A stretch of 64,000 nucleotides of DNA from Halarcobacter sp. (GTDB taxonomy: Bacteria > Campylobacterota > Campylobacteria > Campylobacterales > Arcobacteraceae): contig OY781089.1 in the NCBI GenBank assembly GCA_963676565.1, forward strand, positions 2,496,001 through 2,560,000, in the 5' to 3' direction. Below are positions 10,292 to 20,306 of this stretch, one piece after another. The position numbers and the translations under genes are program-made. How positions within the stretch are numbered: the stretch's first letter is position 1; each line of letters begins with the position of its first letter. The notes beneath the pieces were generated by a model. The model saw only the letters and a program-made list of their open reading frames with translations. It had not been told where the DNA came from and made no database searches.

Positions 10292-10825
10292 TTAATTTCC
10301 TTTATTTGTATCAATTTCAAAATGAGTGTTCTTTGAACTCATATAATATTTATTTAAATCAAGATAAATATTTTCACCTTTTATATAATTTTCATAATAA
10401 TTACCATCAAAAGGTTTTGAATTATATGCAATTTTTGTTTTTGCATTGTAATCTAATTCATCGGTATTTAAATTAATATAATCATTTCTTGTAAACTTTA
10501 CATTATTTAAAAACTCAAATTCATCTGCTCTTTTCACAATTTTATCAGCGATTAATGTATCAGTTATAATATCACCCTTTGAATTTGTATTTCTTGTGGT
10601 TAAAGAACCATTATGTAATACATCTTTTGTTTTATATCTAATTGCCTTTTTTGAATAAACTATCCTATTCATATTTTGTGGACTCAATGTGTACATTATT
10701 GAATCATCAAATACTAAAAGTGGCAAATCTTCAATTGATTCTTTTTTTTCAATTCTATCAACTGGGATAAAATAACTAAAAGTTGCAAGAATCAATAAAG
10801 CTAAAACAAAAACTCTTATAACCAT
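10292..10825 (-). CDS. lptC: LPS export protein LptC
   Basis: N-terminal membrane anchor, beta-rich body, position between kdsC and lptA. Confidence 0.72.
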   Translation of the reverse strand: MVIRVFVLALLILATFSYFIPVDRIEKKESIEDLPLLVFDDSIMYTLSPQNMNRIVYSKKAIRYKTKDVLHNGSLTTRNTNSKGDIITDTLIADKIVKRADEFEFLNNVKFTRNDYINLNTDELDYNAKTKIAYNSKPFDGNYYENYIKGENIYLDLNKYYMSSKNTHFEIDTNKGN

Positions 10826-11313
10826 GCTTTAACAAAATCCTCTTCTATTCCATCTTCTTTTATAATATATTCAATCATCTCTCTGACTGCACCTTTACCA
10901 CCATAAGAGTTGCATTGTATATTTACAATCTCTTTTATATATTTTGAACCATTAGCGGGAGTAAAAGATATTGCAGCTTTTTTTAGCATCTTATAATCAT
11001 TTAGATCATCACCAATAGCGGCAACTTCATTCCAAGTGATACCCTCTTCTTTTAAAATTTTTTCTAAAACTTCATCTTTATTATGAACACCTTGATATAG
11101 ATGTTCTATTTTTAAATCTTTTGCTCTTCTTTCAACTATTAAAGAGTTTCTTCCTGTAATAATTGCAGCTTTTTTCCCAAGTTTTTTTGTCCATGTTGCA
11201 ATTGCTAAACCATCTGCAACATCAAAAGTTTTAAGTTCATCCCCACTATTTGAATATGTTATTCCACCATCTGTTAATGTTCCATCAACATCAAGAACAA
11301 TTAACTTAATCAT
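10816..11313 (-). CDS. kdsC: KDO-8-phosphate phosphatase (HAD family)
   Basis: DVDGTLTDG, ITGR, GDDLND and GGKGAVRE. Confidence 0.92.
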   Translation of the reverse strand: MIKLIVLDVDGTLTDGGITYSNSGDELKTFDVADGLAIATWTKKLGKKAAIITGRNSLIVERRAKDLKIEHLYQGVHNKDEVLEKILKEEGITWNEVAAIGDDLNDYKMLKKAAISFTPANGSKYIKEIVNIQCNSYGGKGAVREMIEYIIKEDGIEEDFVKAWL

Positions 11314-11882
11314 AAAACACCTTTAGTACTTGGTATTCCAAGCTTTTCATTTTTTGCTAAGGCTCTTCTTAAAGCAACAGCAAAGGCTTTGAAACTAGCT
11401 TCTAAAATATGATGTTTATTTCTTCCTCTTTCATTTATGATATGAACAGTTAGACCTGCATTTCCTGATAGTGCATGGAAAAACTCTTCAGCTAACTCAA
11501 CATCAAACTCTCCAACTTTTCCAGTTACATTAACCTCATAAACTAAAAAAGGTCTATTTGATAAATCTAAAGCACATGTTGTAGCTGCTTCATCCATTAC
11601 AACTGTTGCATTTCCATATCTTTCAACATTTTCAATTGGGAAAATTTCATCTTTTAAAGCTTTCCCTAAAACAATACCACAATCTTCAACTGTATGGTGT
11701 GCATCAATATGCAAATCACCTTTGCAAGTTAAATCTATATCAATACCACTATGCTTTGAAAGTGCTTCAAGCATATGGTCAAAAAAACCCACTCCTGTAT
11801 CTATTTGAGAAGAACCATTACCTGATATATCAACTCTACATTTAATATTTGTTTCTTTAGTTTGTCTATTTAATTCTGTCAT
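11310..11882 (-). CDS. hisB: Imidazoleglycerol-phosphate dehydratase
   Basis: RQTKET, FFDHML, HHTVED, NKHHILE and PSTKGVL. Confidence 0.97.
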   Translation of the reverse strand: MTELNRQTKETNIKCRVDISGNGSSQIDTGVGFFDHMLEALSKHSGIDIDLTCKGDLHIDAHHTVEDCGIVLGKALKDEIFPIENVERYGNATVVMDEAATTCALDLSNRPFLVYEVNVTGKVGEFDVELAEEFFHALSGNAGLTVHIINERGRNKHHILEASFKAFAVALRRALAKNEKLGIPSTKGVL

Positions 11883-11890
11883 CTATTTTC

Positions 11891-12700
11891 CTATTCAGCA
11901 ATAATCATTGCCCCAGTTAAACCATTTTTATTTCTATAATCTCTAGCTTCTTCTTCTGATCTAAATCCAGCAATCCAAACTCTATTTATTGGTCTACTTT
12001 CAAAAGTACCCTCTTTAATAACAACATTATACCTATCTTCTAAGGCTAATTCAAATTTTCTTTTTGTAATTTTTGCACCTTCAAGTCTTCTAAAAGCACC
12101 AACTTGAATATAATATTTACCAACAGTTGCTGTCTCTTGTTTTTCCTCTTTTGTCTGAGCAATTTTTGCATGGAATCCTAAAACTGTAATTTTAACCCTT
12201 GCAGTTCCTTTTTTTACCATATCTATATCATGGGCAGCTTTATTTGAAAGGTCGATTATCCTTCCACTTACAAATGGTCCTCTATCATTAACTCTAACAA
12301 TTGTTGATTTCCCATTTTCTAAATTTTCAACTTTTACCATTGAGTTCATTGGTAAGGTTTTATGAGCAGCAGTTTGAGCATACATATCATAAATTTCACC
12401 ATTTGAAGTTCTTTTTGCATGAAAATTTGGACCATACCAAGAGGCAATACCCCTTTGTGTATCACCAACCTTTGCTAAAGTTGGATAGTACCATTTTCCG
12501 GCAATCTTATATGGTCTCATAGTTGCTCTATGCATAGCTTTAGAGTTTTTGATTTTTTGAGTTCCAAGTGGCTTATGCACTTTCTCACCAAGTATAGGTA
12601 TATAACTGCTATAATTTGTTGATTTTGAAGAGCATCCTGTAAATATTACCCCAAAAGCCAAAGCTGAAAAACCAAATTTAATTATTTTATCTGATAACAA
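11891..12700 (-). CDS. rlpA: Septal ring lytic transglycosylase RlpA (lipoprotein with SPOR domain)
   Basis: Lipobox FTGC, GIASWYG, AAHKTLP, VNDRGPF, RIIDLS, and SPOR motif IQVGAF. Confidence 0.93.
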   Translation of the reverse strand: MLSDKIIKFGFSALAFGVIFTGCSSKSTNYSSYIPILGEKVHKPLGTQKIKNSKAMHRATMRPYKIAGKWYYPTLAKVGDTQRGIASWYGPNFHAKRTSNGEIYDMYAQTAAHKTLPMNSMVKVENLENGKSTIVRVNDRGPFVSGRIIDLSNKAAHDIDMVKKGTARVKITVLGFHAKIAQTKEEKQETATVGKYYIQVGAFRRLEGAKITKRKFELALEDRYNVVIKEGTFESRPINRVWIAGFRSEEEARDYRNKNGLTGAMIIAE

Positions 12701-14090
12701 GTCTATCCCCTATTTTAAGAAAACTACTTTTTAAATTATTATCTTTCATAATTTTCTTAACATCTACATTATATTTTCTAGCAATTGAATATAAAGAGTC
12801 GCCACTTTTAACAGTGTATCTTTTTTTAGAAGGTACACTACTGATTTTAAAAATATTTCTATTTTTTATCATATCATTTGGAATTGGCAATAATAGTTTT
12901 TGTTTTAATGATAAAAATGAAGATTTTAATTTATTTTGTTTTTTTATAATTTCAACTGTAATATTGTATTTTTTTGCAATACCAATTAAAGTATCTCCAC
13001 TTCTTACAGTATGAACAGCATAAACTGTATCTTTGATATTATTCTTATTTAAATTAAATCTACTTAATCTAGTATATGGAATATTGATTGTATAGAAATT
13101 TTCACTTGGAGGTACTATTCCTCTTTTTAAGTGTTTATTTAATTCATATAATTCATCATATTTCATACCAATTGCTTTTGCAATATTATTTAAATGCCAA
13201 CCACCTTTAACAGGAACTGTAGCTATTGTTTTTGAGATACCCATATTTAGTAAGTGTGAGTTAGCATCATTTTTTATAAAATTTTGTGAATTTAGCATGG
13301 CTAATGAGATAATTTTTCTAATATATCTTCTAGATTCCTTTGGAAGATATTGTCTATCCAAACCTTTTTGTTCCTGAAGTAAATCTTCAATATCTGGAGT
13401 TATTCCCCAAGTTTTAACCTCGTCATATACATTTCTTAGTTTATAATAAGAAACTCTTCTTTTTTGATATTCTGCAATGGTTTTTCTATATTCATATATC
13501 TTTTTACTTCTTTTTTGTGATGGGTGTCTTTCTACATAAATATCTAAAATAGCTCTACTTAAAGCTTCAATAACCCTTCCTTCACCACAGTTATATGCAA
13601 TTGCAGCTAAGTACCATTTATCAAATCTGTCATGTAAAGCATTTAAATATTTTGCTGCAGCAATAGTTGATTTAACAAGATCCATTCTCTCATCAACATA
13701 AAAATCATTTTTTAAGCCATACATTTTTGCAGTTCCATGCATAAACTGCCATAGACCAGTTGCTCTTACATAAGATTTTGCATCTATATCAAAATTTGAT
13801 TCTGCCATTGCCATATAAATAAATACATCTGGAATATTTTGTTGTCTTAGTATATCTTTTACTCTTGGTACAAATAATGATGCTTCATTAAGTTTTTCTA
13901 AGTAATTATGGGAATTTCTTCTATTTTGAAATTGCTCATACACCTCTTGAAGTTTATAGTCAGTTATAAAAGAAGATTTAATATCTAAATCTTCCAGAAT
14001 TTGTAAATCTCTTTGTGTGAAATTTGAACCTATTAAGGATGCATAAGAATAAATAGAAAAAACAAAAATAAGTAATAATAGTTTTTTCAA
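12687..14090 (-). CDS. mltD: MltD-like lytic transglycosylase with LysM repeats
   Basis: SLT motifs (MAES, GLWQF, AYNCG) and two C-terminal LysM repeats (VRSGDTL, VKSGDSL). Start set to TTG 14090, downstream of an AGGA SD. Confidence 0.88.
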   Translation of the reverse strand: MKKLLLLIFVFSIYSYASLIGSNFTQRDLQILEDLDIKSSFITDYKLQEVYEQFQNRRNSHNYLEKLNEASLFVPRVKDILRQQNIPDVFIYMAMAESNFDIDAKSYVRATGLWQFMHGTAKMYGLKNDFYVDERMDLVKSTIAAAKYLNALHDRFDKWYLAAIAYNCGEGRVIEALSRAILDIYVERHPSQKRSKKIYEYRKTIAEYQKRRVSYYKLRNVYDEVKTWGITPDIEDLLQEQKGLDRQYLPKESRRYIRKIISLAMLNSQNFIKNDANSHLLNMGISKTIATVPVKGGWHLNNIAKAIGMKYDELYELNKHLKRGIVPPSENFYTINIPYTRLSRFNLNKNNIKDTVYAVHTVRSGDTLIGIAKKYNITVEIIKKQNKLKSSFLSLKQKLLLPIPNDMIKNRNIFKISSVPSKKRYTVKSGDSLYSIARKYNVDVKKIMKDNNLKSSFLKIGDRLVIR

Positions 14091-14128
14091 ATTCACTTTC
14101 CTATATATAAAAATAGACAATATTATAT

Positions 14129-14917
14129 CTAAATTATCGTAGAAAATTCCTTAAATAGCCTTATTGCGTTATTTGTGGTAAGTTCTTCTATCTCATCTTT
14201 TGTCATATTTAATAATTCAGCCATTTTCTCTGCCACTAAATTTGTATAAAAAGGCTCATTCCTTTTCCCTCTATGAGGATGTGGCGTCAAATATGGACCA
14301 TCTGTTTCAATAATAAGTTTTTCCTTTGGAATCTTTGATAAAACCTCCACAAGTTTTCTTGCATTTTTAAATGTTAAGACTCCACCAATTCCATAATAAA
14401 AATTGTGTTCTGCTAAAGGGAGAAGATGTTCACTTGCATTGTAGCAATGTAATACTCCCCCAACCTCTTTTGCATTTGTATTAATTAATATATCTCTTGA
14501 ATCATTTGAAGCATCTCTAATATGAACAATAAGAGGTTTTTTTACCTTTTTTGCAAACTCAATTTGAGCTTTAAAAACCTCTTTTTGTTTTTTTATATTT
14601 TGTTGTTTTTCTTCTTCATCTTCAGGAAGTCTAAAATAATCAAGTCCACATTCACCAATTGCGATACATTTTGGATGATTAACATATTTTTCCATAATTG
14701 TTTCATCATACATATCAATATCATAAGGGTGAATTCCAACAGCAAAAAAAACTTCATCATATTTTTCTGCTAGTTTTATAGCTTGTGGTAAATCATTAAA
14801 ATCTGCCCCTGGAATTAAAAAGCCTTTAACTTTATTTTCAAGTGCACGATTTATAACTTCATCTATATCTTCATAGTATTGTTTATTATCAAGATGTATA
14901 TGTGTATCTATTATGAT
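14129..14917 (-). CDS. tatD: TatD-family metal-dependent hydrolase/DNase (non-canonical start inferred)
   Basis: Frame extends upstream of the track ATG (14713) to IIIDTHIHLD...GIHP. Contains GECGLDY, HIRDA, LHC and ETDGPY. No ATG/GTG/TTG occurs before DTH. Confidence 0.9.
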   Translation of the reverse strand: MIIDTHIHLDNKQYYEDIDEVINRALENKVKGFLIPGADFNDLPQAIKLAEKYDEVFFAVGIHPYDIDMYDETIMEKYVNHPKCIAIGECGLDYFRLPEDEEEKQQNIKKQKEVFKAQIEFAKKVKKPLIVHIRDASNDSRDILINTNAKEVGGVLHCYNASEHLLPLAEHNFYYGIGGVLTFKNARKLVEVLSKIPKEKLIIETDGPYLTPHPHRGKRNEPFYTNLVAEKMAELLNMTKDEIEELTTNNAIRLFKEFSTII

Positions 14918-15219
14918 GCGAAATACCTCTTCTCAATTAAATTTAATAAACCATTGATATCTTCAATATCATCAGTTTTAATCCAGGCATCAACTCCAAA
15001 GTTTTTGAAGGCATCAAAATCACCTTCATCATCAAGTAATGCAATAGAAGTAAATTTTTCAGAACAAGCTTCTGATTTATTCTCTTCAAAATCAAATATT
15101 GTGTTGATGTCTAATATTGCTATTTGTGCCTCACCAGTGCTTCCACTTTCAAAATGCTCTACATCATGCTTTGAATCTATTACAGATTCGTCAAATTCAC
15201 AAAAAGTTACAATTTTCAT
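14911..15219 (-). CDS. Small acidic protein with a degenerate receiver (CheY-like) pattern
   Basis: SD AGGAG. The pattern MKIV...AILDI...IALL...FGVDAWIK resembles REC strands 1, 3, 4 and 5. Confidence 0.6.
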   Translation of the reverse strand: MKIVTFCEFDESVIDSKHDVEHFESGSTGEAQIAILDINTIFDFEENKSEACSEKFTSIALLDDEGDFDAFKNFGVDAWIKTDDIEDINGLLNLIEKRYFAS

Positions 15220-15290
15220 ATACGACTCCTAAAGAAGGTTTTATAAATTCTATCCAAAAAAAAATAATAATAAATTGAAAATTAGATTTT

Positions 15291-16619
15291 TTAAAGAATA
15301 TATCTCGCTGTATCCTCATTTTCTACAATATCTTCAAGTTTTTCTTCCACAAGCTTTTTTGTGATAATAACTTTTTCTCCTGACCTTTCATCAGCTTCAT
15401 AAGAGATATCTTCAATAACCTTTTCAATAACTGTATGAAGTCTTCTTGCTCCAATATCTTCAGTCTTTTCATTAGCACTTACTGAGTATTTGGCAAAGGC
15501 TCTAATAGCTTCATCATCAAACTCTAATTCAACTTTTTCTACTTCTAAAAGTGCCTGATATTGTCTTAAAAGTGAATTTTTTGTATTAGTTAATATTTTA
15601 TATAAAGCTTCTTCATCAAGATTTTCCAATTCTACTCTCAAAGGAAATCTTCCTTGTAACTCAGGAAGTAAATCACTTGGCTTACTAACATGAAAAGCCC
15701 CTGCAGCAATAAATAAAATATGATCAGTTTTAACTTGACCAAATTTCGTATGAACCGAACTTCCTTCTACAATTGGAAGTAAATCTCTTTGAACACCCTC
15801 TTTACTTGGATCTTGATTTTGAGACTTTGTTCCTGTAGCAATTTTATCAATCTCGTCTAAGAAAATTATACCACCATTTTCAGCTCTTTTAACTGCTTCT
15901 ATTTTAATAGCCTCATGGTCAAGTAGAGAATCACTAGCTACATCTTTTAACAATACTCTTGCGTCTTTTATTGTAACTTCTTTTTTGATTTTTTCTTTAT
16001 TTAAACCACCAAGCATCTTACTAAGACTTTCTTGCATAGAGCTCATATCCATTGGCATTGATGAATCAATTATTTCAACATGGGTCTTTTTAGGAACCTC
16101 TATTTCAATTTTTCTTTCATCAAGTTCACCACTTACAAGTTTCTCTTCCATTTTATTGTAAGTTTTAATAAATGATTCCCTTGCAGCATCACTTGCACTT
16201 TCAGGAAGTGGTGGTACAAGTTTTTCAATTATTTGTTTGTTTACTTCATCATCAATTTTATCTTTAATTTTATCTTCAAATTCACGAGTAACTAAATTAA
16301 TTGATTCATAAACCAAATCTCTAATCATAGATTCAACATCTCGACCAACAAATCCAACTTCAGTATATTTTGAAGCTTCAACTTTAATAAATGGTAATCC
16401 CATCATTTTTGCAAGTCGTCTTGCTATTTCTGTTTTACCAACCCCTGTGCTTCCAATCATCAAAATATTTTTTGGCATTATCTCTTCACGTAAGATTGGC
16501 TCAACATTCATTCTTCTATATCTATTTCTCAAAGCTAGGGCAATAGTTTTTTTAGCATTATCTTGCCCAATTACATAATCATCTAAATATTTTACAATTT
16601 GCTTTGGTGTCATTTCCAT
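15291..16619 (-). CDS. hslU: HslU ATPase subunit
   Basis: GSTGVGKTE, FLDEIDK, GVQRDLLP, GARRL and C-terminal RYIL. Confidence 0.98.
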   Translation of the reverse strand: MEMTPKQIVKYLDDYVIGQDNAKKTIALALRNRYRRMNVEPILREEIMPKNILMIGSTGVGKTEIARRLAKMMGLPFIKVEASKYTEVGFVGRDVESMIRDLVYESINLVTREFEDKIKDKIDDEVNKQIIEKLVPPLPESASDAARESFIKTYNKMEEKLVSGELDERKIEIEVPKKTHVEIIDSSMPMDMSSMQESLSKMLGGLNKEKIKKEVTIKDARVLLKDVASDSLLDHEAIKIEAVKRAENGGIIFLDEIDKIATGTKSQNQDPSKEGVQRDLLPIVEGSSVHTKFGQVKTDHILFIAAGAFHVSKPSDLLPELQGRFPLRVELENLDEEALYKILTNTKNSLLRQYQALLEVEKVELEFDDEAIRAFAKYSVSANEKTEDIGARRLHTVIEKVIEDISYEADERSGEKVIITKKLVEEKLEDIVENEDTARYIL

Positions 16620-16625
16620 TTAATA

Positions 16626-17162
16626 TTAATCCTCTATCTCTAAAATCTTTATATTTTGATTTGTATATATACAAAGTTCACCTGCTATCATTAGTGACTC
16701 CTTTACTAAATCAACTGGTTTTAAATCTGAATGTTTTGCAAGTGCTCTTGCTGCACTAATAGCAAAGTTTCCTCCACTACCAATTGAAGCTATACTTCCA
16801 TCTTCAGGTTCAACAACATCACCAGTACCACTTAATATAAAAATATGTTCTTTATTTAAAACAATCATCATAGCTTCAAGTCGTCTAAGAACTTTATCTT
16901 TTCTCCACTCTTTTGAAAAAGCAACTACTGCTTTTAATAAATCACCCTTAGATGTTTCTAAGTGACCTTCAAACATATCAAATAGATTAAAAGCATCAGC
17001 AGTACTTCCAGCAAAACCAGCTAGAATCTGATCTTTATAAAGTCTTCTAATTTTTGTAGCATTTCCTTTTAAAACTGCATTACCAAAAGTAACTTGACCA
17101 TCACCGCCAATTACAGCTTGTCCTTGACCTTTGTAAGCAAGTATGGTTGTAGCTTCAAACAT
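16626..17162 (-). CDS. hslV: HslV protease subunit
   Basis: [20 protein letters not shown] and GSGG. Confidence 0.98.
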   Translation of the reverse strand: MFEATTILAYKGQGQAVIGGDGQVTFGNAVLKGNATKIRRLYKDQILAGFAGSTADAFNLFDMFEGHLETSKGDLLKAVVAFSKEWRKDKVLRRLEAMMIVLNKEHIFILSGTGDVVEPEDGSIASIGSGGNFAISAARALAKHSDLKPVDLVKESLMIAGELCIYTNQNIKILEIED

Positions 17163-17612
17163 CTATTCAACTCCAATAATATCAACTTTTAAACTTGCAT
17201 GAATTGCATGACCTAATTTACAATCAACTGTAAAAACACCTGTAGCTTTAATTTTTTTATCTAAAGTGATAGCTTTTTTATCAATAACAATTCCAAAATC
17301 TGCTTCTAAAGCTTCACTAATCTCTTTATTTGTAACTGAACCAATTAAGTGACCATTTGCACCAACTTTGTGTTTAATAGTTAATTTTGTTGATTCTAAT
17401 TTTTCTGCAAGTTCTTTTGCATCTGCAATTTCTTGTGCTTCAGCAGCAGCTTTTATTTTTTGTTCTTCTTCAAAATTTGCAATAACTTCATCAGTAGCAT
17501 GTAAAGCAAAACCTTTTGCAATTAAAAAGTTTTTCCCATATCCATCTTTCACATCTTTAATGTCACCGGCTTTACCAGTTCCTTTTACATCTTTTATTAA
17601 TAATACCTTCAT
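17163..17612 (-). CDS. rplI: 50S ribosomal protein L9
   Basis: [23 protein letters not shown] and GSVT. Confidence 0.98.
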   Translation of the reverse strand: MKVLLIKDVKGTGKAGDIKDVKDGYGKNFLIAKGFALHATDEVIANFEEEQKIKAAAEAQEIADAKELAEKLESTKLTIKHKVGANGHLIGSVTNKEISEALEADFGIVIDKKAITLDKKIKATGVFTVDCKLGHAIHASLKVDIIGVE

Positions 17613-17712
17613 AATTTCTCCAATTCTTTTTTAAAAAGTTGAATATTCTACAATAAGTTGTTTGAATTGAGTATTAAGATTGAAATTAAGATTTTAAGAC
17701 TTAAGAGTATAG

Positions 17713-17747
17713 TTTTCAAGCTTCTAAGAATTTAAGAAGCTTAAAAA
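17713..17747. terminator. Hairpin after the rhodanese-like gene (possible terminator or stabiliser)
   Basis: AAGCTTCT(17718-25)-9 nt-AGAAGCTT(17735-42), extendable by T/A runs. No clean U-tract on the minus strand. Confidence 0.45.
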
Positions 17748-17750
17748 TTT

Positions 17751-18572
17751 TTAATTATTTGTTTTTATTGAAGTTACAGTTTCAGCACACCCTTGTTTAT
17801 AGTATCTATCATCAGATGCTTTTGTTACAACTACTTCTTGCTTTAGTTTTTTATTTTCCATTGTCATAGTAAGTGGTAATTTTTCATTCATCTCTTTTGC
17901 TAAATTAATATCTTTTTTAGTAAAAACATCAATAGGTGAGCATTCATTTTTTACCTGAGGACAATTAACTTCATAATAAGACCCATCTTTTGCTTTTTGG
18001 ACAAACACTTTTTTTGCATTTAATTTAGCATCTAAAACATTACCATTTTTTGAAGCTAATGAGTAACAAGCCTCTGCCATATCTTTAATTCCAAAAACCT
18101 TTGCTTTACCTTGAAATAAATATTGTAATCTTACAAGATTGTCTGCTTGATCGGTACCTGTTCTACAATAACTATAAATTGCACCAATAGTACTACTATG
18201 TAGATTTTTATTATTAAAAGCAACATTCCAACCTCTAAGATTTGGTTTTAAAGCACCTTGTAAATATAAACCATCTTGCTCTGCTTTTGTTCTTGAATCA
18301 ACAACTACAACTTTTTTGCCATCAATTCTTGCACCATTTAATGCAGATTCAACCTCTTTTGTACTTGCATAATAACCCAGTTTTTTTATTAAAGATTTAA
18401 TATCTTTATTTGTACTAGAATAACCTTTGTTCTCCTCTAAAACACCAAATTTTTTAATAAACTTACCAAACTCAGTGTTATCTACATCATGATTAAAAAC
18501 ATTCCCATGTTTACCCTCTGTTGCAAATAAACTTAGACCTAAAAAAAACGAAACACAAACTATCTTTTTCAT
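17751..18572 (-). CDS. Exported rhodanese-like protein
   Basis: Signal peptide. VVVVDSRT..E....LQGA and YSYCRTG match the rhodanese DxR motif and active-loop motif. Confidence 0.65.
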   Translation of the reverse strand: MKKIVCVSFFLGLSLFATEGKHGNVFNHDVDNTEFGKFIKKFGVLEENKGYSSTNKDIKSLIKKLGYYASTKEVESALNGARIDGKKVVVVDSRTKAEQDGLYLQGALKPNLRGWNVAFNNKNLHSSTIGAIYSYCRTGTDQADNLVRLQYLFQGKAKVFGIKDMAEACYSLASKNGNVLDAKLNAKKVFVQKAKDGSYYEVNCPQVKNECSPIDVFTKKDINLAKEMNEKLPLTMTMENKKLKQEVVVTKASDDRYYKQGCAETVTSIKTNN

Positions 18573-18831
18573 CTACTCTTCCCCTTAATAAATTAATTTT
18601 TTATTATAATAACATATTTTTTTATCTTATTATGATTTTAAATTGAAAATCTTATAAATTTCGTATTTATAGTTATTTCTTTATATTATTTAATATATTT
18701 TGATAATTTTAAATTATAATTATTATTTCTAAATCTATCTAGAATCTATCAATAGTTCAAATGATAGATACAAGAGAAAATATAAAGTTATAAAAGCTTA
18801 TAATTATTAATCTATTCGAGGAGTTTTTGTA

Positions 18832-19254
18832 ATGATAGATATATTAAAAGCCAAACCAATACATATAAACAGTATTAAATCTCTTTTAAAACAATTAGGT
18901 TACGAAAGTGAAGAATCGCAATTAATATCAGCCTTATCTATGCAAGACCAAAATTCAGAAGTTTTTGTTGCAGTTGATAAATCAAAAGTTGTAGGTCTAA
19001 TGTCCCTTATTTATTTTCACTATTTCCCTATTCAAAAATCTCTTTGCCGTATTACAGCAATCGTAGTAGATGAAAACCTAAGAAATACAGGTATAGGAAA
19101 AAAACTTATTAATTTTGCTTTTAATCAAGCACAAAGTAAAGATTGTGCCCAGTTGGAAGTTACAACCTCTTTAGCTCGTACAGCAACTCAGGCATACTAT
19201 GAGCAACTAGGATTTACAAAAGTCTCATACAGGTATTATTTAAATATTGATTAA
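18832..19254 (+). CDS. GNAT N-acetyltransferase
   Basis: SD GAGGAG; VDENLRNTGIGKKL and AYYEQLGF. Confidence 0.9.
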   Translation: MIDILKAKPIHINSIKSLLKQLGYESEESQLISALSMQDQNSEVFVAVDKSKVVGLMSLIYFHYFPIQKSLCRITAIVVDENLRNTGIGKKLINFAFNQAQSKDCAQLEVTTSLARTATQAYYEQLGFTKVSYRYYLNID

Positions 19255-19264
19255 TATAAACTAT

Positions 19265-20236
19265 TTATTTTTGAAAAATAATTATCATAACTAAAGAAAA
19301 GATAATTTGAAATTTAAATACATAGCCAGCTAAAATAAAAGCATCCCAACCAGTTTCTTTAATAGCTTTAAATGAGATTTTAAGTCCAATTGCACTCATT
19401 GCAATTAATAAACAAATCTCTGAACTTTCAGAGATAAAAGTAGTTAGCCCTTGAGGTAAGATTGAAGTTGAAGCAAGAATTGAGAAAAAGATAAAGCCTA
19501 TAACAAATATTGGTATTTGAAAACCTCTTTTTTGATTATTACCATTTGCATTATTTTTTGCAACTGTGTAAACCAGCCATAAAATTAAAGGGCTTAATAG
19601 TAATATTCTTCCCATTTTTACAATAGTGGCACTTTGTCCAACTGTTTCATTTACTCCAAAACCTGCTGCGATTGCATGACCAACAGATTGTAAGGTGTTA
19701 CCTAATAAAATTCCTATTTGAACGTCGCTTAATCCTAACAAAACCCCAATAATAGGTAGAACAAATAAACCAACAGTACCTAATAAGTTAACAATAGCTA
19801 TAGCTAATGCAGATTTTTCTTTATCAAGTTTAACAATATCTTTTGTTGCAGCTATTGCTGCACTTCCGCAAACAGCATTACCAATACCTAAAATTAAAGC
19901 AAATTTACTATCAAAATTTTGTTTCTTTGCCAGAAAGTTTGTAAAAACTATAGTTGCTATTAATGAGATTACTATTAATAAAATTGTTTCAAATCCAAGT
20001 TCCTCTAAAACATTAAAATCTAAATTTATTCCTAATAAAGAGATAGCAAGAGCTAAGATTGTTTTTTCACTAAAAGTTATTCCTGAATTAAACTTTGAAG
20101 GTAATTTAATGATATTTCCAACTATGGCACCTAAAATAATTGCAATTGCAACAGAGCCTATTGGTATGTAAGAAGATAAAAGAAAGGCAAAAAATGCAAC
20201 TAAAATACTTAATAAAATTCCATATACTTTTTCCAT
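19265..20236 (-). CDS. YeiH/UPF0324 family membrane protein (putative sulfate exporter)
   Basis: Multi-TM protein with GNAVCGSAAIAA, VKMGR and AMSAIGL. Confidence 0.88.
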   Translation of the reverse strand: MEKVYGILLSILVAFFAFLLSSYIPIGSVAIAIILGAIVGNIIKLPSKFNSGITFSEKTILALAISLLGINLDFNVLEELGFETILLIVISLIATIVFTNFLAKKQNFDSKFALILGIGNAVCGSAAIAATKDIVKLDKEKSALAIAIVNLLGTVGLFVLPIIGVLLGLSDVQIGILLGNTLQSVGHAIAAGFGVNETVGQSATIVKMGRILLLSPLILWLVYTVAKNNANGNNQKRGFQIPIFVIGFIFFSILASTSILPQGLTTFISESSEICLLIAMSAIGLKISFKAIKETGWDAFILAGYVFKFQIIFSLVMIIIFQK

Positions 20237-20242
20237 AGGCGA

Positions 20243-20248
20243 ATTATA
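20243..20248 (-). promoter_or_regulatory. -10 box (TATAAT) 6 nt before the yeiH ATG; leaderless candidate
   Basis: Minus strand reads TATAAT-TCGCCT-ATG, with no SD. Confidence 0.6.
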
Positions 20249-20306
20249 TAAAAAAATTTTATAATTAAAGCTTTTGGAATTAAAAGTTTTGCTTATACTT
20301 GACTAT

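Noticed and set aside
10816..11882. HAD gene next to hisB as a histidinol-phosphatase
   Set aside because: The motifs (LTDG, GGKGAVRE) and the lptCA linkage identify it as KdsC.
14129..14713. tatD as a truncated 194-aa pseudogene
   Set aside because: The frame stays open upstream and encodes the intact DTHIH and GIHP motifs.
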